Shown one piece after another: positions 57,601-64,000 of a stretch of DNA of 64,000 nt. The DNA lies in IMG/VR virus record IMGVR_UViG_3300034980_000290, one strand, 5' to 3'. Each line of letters begins with the position of its first letter. The stretch's first letter is position 1. The notes beneath the pieces were generated by a model, which did not search any database, was not told the DNA's origin, and saw nothing but the letters and a program-made list of their open reading frames with translations. A program made the translations under genes and the position numbers. The DNA comes from a virus. Its lineage: Duplodnaviria; Heunggongvirae; Uroviricota; Caudoviricetes.

Positions 57601-58246
57601 CAAGGCTGGCCCAGACCAAGCGGTTATCAACCAGTTGATCAACCTCCAGCGCGGCCAGGGCGCGTTCGGTGGCCTGGATCTTGGTACGGCTACGCTGGAC
57701 CAGAAGATCTCAGAGTTGGAAGGCATCTTCCGCTCGGTGCAGGGCAGGGGAGGCGACTTCGCAGTCAGCAGCAACACGCTGTCTGCCCTGCGCACGGCTT
57801 ACCAAGCACTCATTAAAGAACAGGAGGAGTCGCGTAAGCGAGCTGACCTCACTGACCCGCTGTCCAAGAGCCGTGAAGCTATCAGCCAGACCCAAGAGGG
57901 CCTGGGCGGTATGGGCACACACCTCAAGGAGCTCAAAGCGGATGCCAACCTGCTCAAGCAGACCTTTGAGGAGATGCCCGGTGCCTTGGAAGATGCCACG
58001 GCGGCCATCACCAAGTTCAAGGCAGAGGTCCTGTCCATTCAGGGTGGCACGGGGATTGGCGTCGACCAGAATGGTTCAACCCTCAACATCCAGATTGGTG
58101 ACTTCAACATCTCCGTCGACGCCAGCGGTGAAGGCGGCTTGAGTGAGGAAGATGTCGAGGCGGCAATCCAGGCCGTGCGGACCAAGCTCGAAGAGGCTGA
58201 TGCGGCCATCCTTGAGAAGCTGGCCCAGATCCTGAGCAACAAGTAA
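54635..58246 (+). CDS. tape measure protein
   Basis: about 1204 aa; N-terminal phage TMP domain, central multi-TM region, long Ala/Gly/Leu-rich coiled segments. Confidence 0.8.
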   Translation: MAKLIDIVLRMVDRVSPSTNQIARNASKAGKELETFAAAGKIAASAMGALAATKALDFATDSVREFAAAEDSLRRLETVAKSASGVLGGELTNAFRSAQKFALQHRQSVQEVIDTYFQFGTAGFNLAQSIELGKQALFLANAVMLDTTTSAQLLATVMNSLGQTTSLAFDTVQKSGERAASALATSIQLFAVTGPQLAAGLKFAIGSASLLGVEIEDLVTTLGTLNTAGLKGSVAGTALNQAFIQMDKAVVKLGLDMTKFVNEAGEFSNVADLLAEVQRTVGKTGPFERFNKIIKGFGIRGARAISALLPFAPLLKATQQRMKENGGQAERLSNIYENSLGTAFKRTENAVKVAQQALGKNLAGAAKGLLVVVNRLAKGLSVLVGGLGSWGTVALLTVVGLVGLTAAFYALVQAILVATGATVAFGTVLAAVAWPLAILFGLIAGFVILISVLGGVENQAEAARDKLADMDKVQFKGISDQIKVATNALKTLEKSADDLERKAAKGQLGDLSSTAFGGSVKAAAEAGRRLGVDAKKVQDSFNRALDTTLQADILKGFGLDNIDTAGLDQVLNFIATTKAAGELEAKVVAIADGFLGIGGNVSVVVGDVEEFRAVITKLNDEFGEGILDNNKAIVDFAKLLGVSGEEARKVAESIDKLADFSIDDDFLDFESTSFIETVEAFKKLPLLARALDLERALGPADRFQAALGTALVELTAIAGLDQRLSTLGGHLETIQKAGLEGEDVNIGENMAQQIEILGNSVKLLDTQKEIIEQSIKDLAAVQVDELFEKLPKAAQEGIRTLLANAKDALQTNILGAQELRKTEESLASALKKGLAPIGGTFLKDIVANGMAAGLVDGTNAGLQATAEALRSEIHEAIIRGATSGFTTIGSAQLQPFLNQVQKASGEFFQAIQSGDPLQGAAAQFREAIGQGPNLGNLTKLIEGSQVLEGIVNQSLQLGPALSGAFQEMLNPINEAAEKVAGLRASLLGVKAGPDQAVINQLINLQRGQGAFGGLDLGTATLDQKISELEGIFRSVQGRGGDFAVSSNTLSALRTAYQALIKEQEESRKRADLTDPLSKSREAISQTQEGLGGMGTHLKELKADANLLKQTFEEMPGALEDATAAITKFKAEVLSIQGGTGIGVDQNGSTLNIQIGDFNISVDASGEGGLSEEDVEAAIQAVRTKLEEADAAILEKLAQILSNK

Positions 58247-60348
58247 TGGGATTCACAGCAGTATTCGGTAGCACCACACTCCCCAACGTGCGCTCTGTCG
58301 CGCGTGGGGCAGAGGTGTCCCTGGAGGCTTGGGTCAATACGACTGACTCACCCGGGCTCAAGAAGCGTGAGTTCACCGTACAGGGCATCATCTTCAACGT
58401 CAACCGCATACCGATCAGGGGGCCGGAGGCCCAGGAGGCTGTCCTCACCACGTACGGCACCCTCGAGGCTGCGCTGATTGCCGAGGGCAGCGCCACCCTC
58501 ACTCTGAACAGCGGCATCACTATCAGCGGTTGCCGAGTGCAAGCTGTCAACATCGATGAGCTGTCCAACAACCCTGCGCTGTTCTACACCGTCACCTTCG
58601 TCGCTGACAATGTGAACCCGTTCGCAGAGACGGTCACGCTTACTGACGATGATGGCACCACCACATTTGATCCTATCCCCCAGGTTACCGATGAATGGAT
58701 TCGCCAGGATGGCACCATTGATTGGACCACCCAGGTCATCACCAGCGCCAAGAAGATCACCATCAGTGGTGTGTTCCAGGGGACCGTGGCTCAGCTTTCG
58801 GACATTGAGGATGAGATCAAGGAACGGTGCACGACGTACGCCACCCAGACCTTGGTCATCCCCAGTGGCAGTTACACGGTTCTGTGCGCAGAGTTCTCGT
58901 TCGAGACCCCAGCTGAGACCGATTCGGAAACTGTCAAGAAGTACACCCTGGAGTTCATCACCGAGAAGAACTACAGCATCGAGAGTGAGAACCTGCCGCA
59001 CACCCTCGCAACGTGGGGCGGCATCAGCCTTGACATCACCAACGGGTACAACTCGACCATCCAGCGCATCAATGATGCTGGTACGTACCGCATCGAGAGC
59101 GAGACCCTCAGCATCAGCGGTGAGAAGCACTACTCCAGCTTCGCCGCCGCCGAGGCCGGGCGAGTTACAATCGCAACCACAGCGAACATAACACCCAACA
59201 CGCATTCCAGTTTCAGCGGCAAGGCCCTGGTAGTGACTGGCGCGACTGTCTCAGAGGTGCAGCGTGAGGGTCGCAGTACCGCCGGGGCGCAGAAGTACAT
59301 CATTCAGGTCAGCCTCAACATGGCGTGGGTGCCACCAGAGGGTGACGCCTGTGTTGGCACCGACGAGAACATCTTCGGTGTCAACTTCCTGTGTGTGTCG
59401 TCAAAGAACTACGGGGGCACCTTGGATCCCTGCGGCCTGAAAACCCAGGACACCCTGTCTGTCAGTGGTATCACCGTCAGCTTGCCCGGCATTGAGATCG
59501 GTAGCCAGCACACGGTGTCCGGGAAGACCTACTGGGTCACCAGCCTCAACATCGGCAGCAAAGATCCGAACGGGCGATACCAGGTCAGCGCCAGCGGGCG
59601 CACCATTGATACCGTTGATCAAGCCCGTGAGTTCATCCAGGTGTTCCTGCCAAGCGGCGGGTTCTTCGATGAGATGACCAGCCGTAGTAAGTCGGCATCA
59701 TACAAGTACAGCATCAACGACGCTGGCTACAAGGTCACGTCGGTGACGATGAATATCGCTGGCAACAAGTTCGTCGGTAGCGGTACCGCCGATAGCTTCC
59801 TGGATCTGCTGGACCACCTCACCCAACAGAAGGGCATTGATAAGCTGGAGCTGCGCGTCACCAGCGTCAACATCGGCAAGAAGGAGCCGTTCGTCGACCA
59901 CGTCGGTTGCACCCTGGGCTTCAAGCAGAGCGTGAGCATTGCCTACACCATGAACTTTGAGGTGGGTGGCTCGTCTGGGTCGCAGCAGGGCGGCGAAGAC
60001 ACACAGATCATCGAGGATGAGTCGGTCGAGATCAAGCAGATCACGAACAAGTACACACAGATCCAAATCCCCGGCGGCTCCCTGAACTTCAAGAAGACAG
60101 GATTGAACCCCGGCTCTGTAAAGATCACCACCACCCGGCGTCGTGTAGGCGGTAATGCAACGATCTTCTTTGGCTACCCAGACCCGCACGGTGCACCGAT
60201 AGCTGAGGAATTCTTCAGCACAAACGACATGCTGTCTGCAACGTCAACGACTCGCAAGCGCGTGCAAGAGTGGACCGTCATCAAGGGTACCATCGGTAGT
60301 ATCACGCCGGGTACCGGAACCATCATCCTAACCATCCCAGCATCATAA
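58246..60348 (+). CDS. distal tail protein (Dit-like) / minor tail protein
   Basis: 700 aa directly after TMP (ATG overlaps stop); N-terminal siphovirus tail component-like region. Confidence 0.45.
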   Translation: MGFTAVFGSTTLPNVRSVARGAEVSLEAWVNTTDSPGLKKREFTVQGIIFNVNRIPIRGPEAQEAVLTTYGTLEAALIAEGSATLTLNSGITISGCRVQAVNIDELSNNPALFYTVTFVADNVNPFAETVTLTDDDGTTTFDPIPQVTDEWIRQDGTIDWTTQVITSAKKITISGVFQGTVAQLSDIEDEIKERCTTYATQTLVIPSGSYTVLCAEFSFETPAETDSETVKKYTLEFITEKNYSIESENLPHTLATWGGISLDITNGYNSTIQRINDAGTYRIESETLSISGEKHYSSFAAAEAGRVTIATTANITPNTHSSFSGKALVVTGATVSEVQREGRSTAGAQKYIIQVSLNMAWVPPEGDACVGTDENIFGVNFLCVSSKNYGGTLDPCGLKTQDTLSVSGITVSLPGIEIGSQHTVSGKTYWVTSLNIGSKDPNGRYQVSASGRTIDTVDQAREFIQVFLPSGGFFDEMTSRSKSASYKYSINDAGYKVTSVTMNIAGNKFVGSGTADSFLDLLDHLTQQKGIDKLELRVTSVNIGKKEPFVDHVGCTLGFKQSVSIAYTMNFEVGGSSGSQQGGEDTQIIEDESVEIKQITNKYTQIQIPGGSLNFKKTGLNPGSVKITTTRRRVGGNATIFFGYPDPHGAPIAEEFFSTNDMLSATSTTRKRVQEWTVIKGTIGSITPGTGTIILTIPAS

Positions 60349-61190
60349 TGGCAAGCAGTGGTGATAGAGAAGTCATCCGGGGAGACTCGACTGACTTCGA
60401 TGAACTCCCGAAGCTGTACAAGCTGTTCGGGGCGACCGACTTCGACACGTTCAAGGCCAACGTCTTGGCATGGCGGGCTGATGCTCTGCAACGTGGTGCC
60501 ATTGAAGATGATGACCCAGAGCCAATCTTCCGTCAGGCAAACTCTCGTACGCTCTTCGGGCATGATTACGAGAAACAGGACTGGCAGATCGACCTTACGC
60601 TGTCGGATGGCCGCACTGAAAGCATCATTGTCAGGGCCAAGAGTCCTGCCCAGGCCGTCAGCAAGATCAAGCGGGCCAATGTGAACGACCGTGGCCGCCG
60701 CAAGAGGTGGAACAACAACGTTGACACAGCCACAGCCACGCCCCTGAACAGTCCCGAGGATGTCCAAGAGCTGGATGTGTACCAGTTCGATCGGAAGGTT
60801 GATAGGGGGCGGCGCAGCTTGCAGATGCGCAACCACATCTTCCCGCACAGGCATGACCCGTACGAGGAGCGAGACGAAGGCAGGTACTTGAGTCGCAAGG
60901 AGCAAGACTTGCTCTTCGATTCTGTTACTGAAGCTCCGATTCCGACGCAAGAAAACGTATACGGGAACACGGAGCCGGGTACAAAGACCACGCCCGACAG
61001 ACTTGCAGCTCCAGATCGTGTGGCGTTCGCACCGAGTAGCGACATCACCACATCATTCAAAAGAATCGCCAACGAGGCGAGGGGGTACAGAGCAGATGAG
61101 CAGGGAACGATTGAACGGGACGACGCGGGGGGCTTCCTCTCCCCGGCGACAGCTGACCAGCCTGCTGAGCCAGCTGACTCCGATGCTTGA
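60348..61190 (+). CDS. hypothetical tail-module protein
   Basis: 280 aa coupled. Confidence 0.4.
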   Translation: MASSGDREVIRGDSTDFDELPKLYKLFGATDFDTFKANVLAWRADALQRGAIEDDDPEPIFRQANSRTLFGHDYEKQDWQIDLTLSDGRTESIIVRAKSPAQAVSKIKRANVNDRGRRKRWNNNVDTATATPLNSPEDVQELDVYQFDRKVDRGRRSLQMRNHIFPHRHDPYEERDEGRYLSRKEQDLLFDSVTEAPIPTQENVYGNTEPGTKTTPDRLAAPDRVAFAPSSDITTSFKRIANEARGYRADEQGTIERDDAGGFLSPATADQPAEPADSDA

Positions 61191-61395
61191 GGGTCAAGAT
61201 GACCCCAACGCCAAGATGGTTTTGCTCATGGCTCAGGTGCTTGGCACGCTTGAAAACTTGACCGATGCCATCGCGAAGCTGGAAAAGCAGAACGAAGAAA
61301 TCGTCAAGACCACCAGCCGTTTGGCTGGTGCGCTATCTGGCCTGGGCGACACCGCCGAACTCACCAAGAAGCTGGACAAGCTGGGTGTCAGCTGA
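61183..61395 (+). CDS. small coiled-coil protein
   Basis: 70 aa, overlaps upstream stop. Confidence 0.35.
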   Translation: MLEGQDDPNAKMVLLMAQVLGTLENLTDAIAKLEKQNEEIVKTTSRLAGALSGLGDTAELTKKLDKLGVS

Positions 61396-61401
61396 TAAGA
61401 C

Positions 61402-64000
61402 ATGGCAGACCCGACTATCCCACCGATTGTCGTTGATCATCAAATCGATGATGAAGGCGGCGAAAACCTTGAGCTGATTCAGAATCTGGGGAGCACCCCC
61501 TCAACTGTCAGCAAGAGGGTTGTTGGCGACGAAGATCCTTCGACGCTCGTGTTGGGAGATCCGGACGATCTGCTGGATGGTGTGAAGATTGACATCACCC
61601 CAATCGGTGAGGTGATCTCAAGGACATCTTACTGCCGTAGGCATGCCGCGTCTTGCGTCAATGTCAGCCTGAGCTTCAACGCACCCGACAGTGACAAGTA
61701 CATGTCCATCAGGGATGACACCCTGTATGTCGAGGGCACGTGGCAGAACAAGACCTACAAGCAGATTCTTGACTATCTGGTTGGTGAAACCCAGGTTGCC
61801 GGTGAGCCAACTTCGCTGATTTTGAACGCCTCGCCGATTGATGATAAGCTGAACGCTTACGCTGGCGAGTTCAAGTTCGACAACGTCGACGTCGTATCTG
61901 CGATCACTCAAGTGTTGGAGCGGGCGGGTAACTTCTCGTGGTTCCTGCCCTGGAATGGCACCGACTTTTCCAATGCCATCACACTTGTAGACCTCGGGGA
62001 CCCAGTTCTGGCCCCAGGGGCACCGTTGGCCACGCTTGGTGGCAACGTGATGACCTCGAACTATTCGGGCAGCGGCAACTGCGCGGTGTCAGCTATCGTC
62101 ACCGACAAAGAGGGCCGTGGCTCCAAGATGCAGTTCGGCGTCCCGGAGGATGCTGGGCAAGCTGCACGACCGTCATCTGGGCTGCATAGCACACACGCAC
62201 CGCTGATTGCCGGGCCTCTTTCGCCAGCCAACATCGGTGGCTTCACCAACTTCAGTGACTATGACATCCTGCGACAAGATGCGGGCCTGGGTGATTGGGG
62301 CAACTGGAAGATTCAGCGTGAGGCAGACGGCAGCGCCAAGGTCGATGAGATCACGTTGTCGTTCAACCTTGGCATTGGTGCCGATGGCGCAGCCGTGCCG
62401 CTCTTTGGGGTGCCGACCGTTGGCAACTGGCCGAACGCCGAACCCCCGCTGGCTGGTGGGTTGGCCGTTCCGAACAACCAGCAGGGTTACGTCGACGACT
62501 ATGTGAAGATCGCCCGCAAGCTCCTCACCCACCCCAACGTGGACATGGTGATTGAGACCTTGTACTCGCCGCCGCCTACGGTGCACTGGCTCAAGATCTT
62601 CCATGAGGAGAAAAAGGACGACCCGAACAACCCCGGCCAGACGCTCATTGTTTCGCCGGAGGATCAACTGGCTGACTGGGCAGCAACCACTGAAGTAGCT
62701 GGGTTGAAGTCAGCCATCGATGGCGGCAGTCACGCCAAATACGATCAGTGGACCGACACACAGATCAGCTTCAACAACACCAAGGGCCGCCCGGCGATCA
62801 AGTACGCCTTCATCGCCCGCCAGCGAGCCCTATGGACCAGCATCCCTGAGATGAAGGTGGACTTCGACCGTGGCTATGTCACGATCGGTAACCGCTACTT
62901 CCACCTCCTGGCCAACTGGCAAGACACCACCACCTGGGAGTGGAAGGACGACCCGGCCATCGCTACGGGTGCCAGCGCCACGAATCCGAAGCTGGTGTAC
63001 TACGCCAACTTCGTTGATTCACTTGCCAACAGCATGGTGCGGTTCATCGGAACACTCGAGCGTCCGCACAAGGTGGCCAAGTCTGGTTCGGCACCGTACT
63101 CAATCGTACGGCGTGATGAGTTCCAAAGCACGAACGTCGAGTACAACGCCAGCAACACGCCGGGCTTCAAGACGTTCTCGGGTGCGTTCAACGACCTACC
63201 CAAGATGCAGCTCATCGCCGACAAACTGGTCAGCCAGAACTTGGCGAAAACTGGTGGCCGTGGCCGCATCAGGTTGTTCCCGGGCAATCTGGCCATCACA
63301 CCCGGCATGGGCACCAATGGCTCTGTCGTCACCAGAGTGCGCCACCAGTTCACCCCCTACTTCAGCACCGAAATCGGGCTGGCGGGTGATGATGAATACT
63401 ACAACCTCCAGGATCTGAACTTCCGCCGCGAGCTGCAAGACGCAAAGAATGCCATCGAGATCACCGATGCCAGCTTGCGCCGCGCCCGCGCATCTCAGGG
63501 CGGGGTGGCATCGAGCAGCAACGCTGGAGGCCTCGTCCCTGAGCACACTCACGGTGACAAGTTCACTGGTGGGCAAGCCCTGGGCCACATCACCGTCAAG
63601 TCGATCGTCATCGAGGACGAGTCCAAGCGTGGTGGTGCTGATGGCGGCAAGGGTCCGGCCATTGAGTTCTCTGCCTTTGGTGACCACGGCACCCTGGATG
63701 TGGTGTTTGATGGTGACAAGGGAAAGTTCGTTACCAACACCAGCATCTTCATTGACAAGGCACCAGATGAGGAGCGTGTAACCGGCCAGACCCCTGCGAA
63801 TGAGAGCTCCAAGTTCTCAGATGTCAACTTGGCCAACCAGACGCAGGGCCAGGGGCAGGGTGGCCCGCAGAACCAACGAGCGACTGGTGGGTACTCACAC
63901 CAGTTGTGGGACTTCGTCAAGGTCGGACCTAACACGGCTGGCGCTGGCGAGCGTATTGCGCTCAACATCGCGCCCCACAAGTTCGAGCCGTTCTGGAATG
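61402..64000 (+). CDS. large tail protein (tail fiber/baseplate/host-specificity candidate), 3'-partial
   Basis: ATG 61402; my reading finds the frame open for 866 codons to the window edge; absent from ORF track because no stop codon lies inside window. Confidence 0.6.
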   Translation, partial: MADPTIPPIVVDHQIDDEGGENLELIQNLGSTPSTVSKRVVGDEDPSTLVLGDPDDLLDGVKIDITPIGEVISRTSYCRRHAASCVNVSLSFNAPDSDKYMSIRDDTLYVEGTWQNKTYKQILDYLVGETQVAGEPTSLILNASPIDDKLNAYAGEFKFDNVDVVSAITQVLERAGNFSWFLPWNGTDFSNAITLVDLGDPVLAPGAPLATLGGNVMTSNYSGSGNCAVSAIVTDKEGRGSKMQFGVPEDAGQAARPSSGLHSTHAPLIAGPLSPANIGGFTNFSDYDILRQDAGLGDWGNWKIQREADGSAKVDEITLSFNLGIGADGAAVPLFGVPTVGNWPNAEPPLAGGLAVPNNQQGYVDDYVKIARKLLTHPNVDMVIETLYSPPPTVHWLKIFHEEKKDDPNNPGQTLIVSPEDQLADWAATTEVAGLKSAIDGGSHAKYDQWTDTQISFNNTKGRPAIKYAFIARQRALWTSIPEMKVDFDRGYVTIGNRYFHLLANWQDTTTWEWKDDPAIATGASATNPKLVYYANFVDSLANSMVRFIGTLERPHKVAKSGSAPYSIVRRDEFQSTNVEYNASNTPGFKTFSGAFNDLPKMQLIADKLVSQNLAKTGGRGRIRLFPGNLAITPGMGTNGSVVTRVRHQFTPYFSTEIGLAGDDEYYNLQDLNFRRELQDAKNAIEITDASLRRARASQGGVASSSNAGGLVPEHTHGDKFTGGQALGHITVKSIVIEDESKRGGADGGKGPAIEFSAFGDHGTLDVVFDGDKGKFVTNTSIFIDKAPDEERVTGQTPANESSKFSDVNLANQTQGQGQGGPQNQRATGGYSHQLWDFVKVGPNTAGAGERIALNIAPHKFEPFWN

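Overview
The window is about 64 kb of a GC-rich (~60%) tailed-phage genome or prophage, siphovirus-like, with essentially every credible gene on the + strand. Genes are tightly packed, often with ATGA/TGATG start-stop overlaps. Long minus-strand ORFs in the track read as antisense artefacts of GC-rich coding. Positions 1-41000 form an early/accessory region of many small hypothetical genes. Recognisable genes there include a TGT/DpdA-like transglycosylase, canonical thymidylate synthase (thyA), a sigma-70-family (FliA-like) sigma factor, an Rrf2 regulator, a macro-domain protein, an SPFH protein, a metallophosphoesterase, an HU-like protein and a GT2-like glycosyltransferase. Positions 41096-64000 form a classical structural module. 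In order: large terminase, portal, protease/scaffold, major capsid, a GT-B glycosyltransferase inside the head module, connectors, major tail, G/GT chaperone with a canonical GGGAAAC -1 frameshift, a 1204-aa tape measure, Dit-like protein, and a >866-aa tail protein running off the window that the ORF track missed. The most interesting element is a compact operon at 2456-7837. It encodes a ubiquitin-like beta-grasp protein ending in Gly-Gly with a histone-H1-like Lys/Ala/Pro tail, a 514-aa protein with a UBC/E2-like HPH...C motif, a JAB/JAMM deubiquitinase-like protein (HxHx7Sx2D), a ThiF/MoeB E1-like enzyme and a Cys-rich zinc-finger protein. That is a complete eukaryote-like Ubl conjugation/deconjugation cascade carried by the phage itself. 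Other notable signals: about 11 copies of a conserved promoter-leader-RBS cassette (extended -10 TGCTACAAT or GCCGTATAAt, a GC hairpin, then AAGGAGACCACGCATG); a non-coding region with 10 GATC sites in about 190 bp; and a GGCAC-rich iteron/palindrome array (24590-25365), a candidate origin or regulatory hub. Paralogous Pro/Ala-rich proteins share a W-YMHAP-FG-GG-RY motif.
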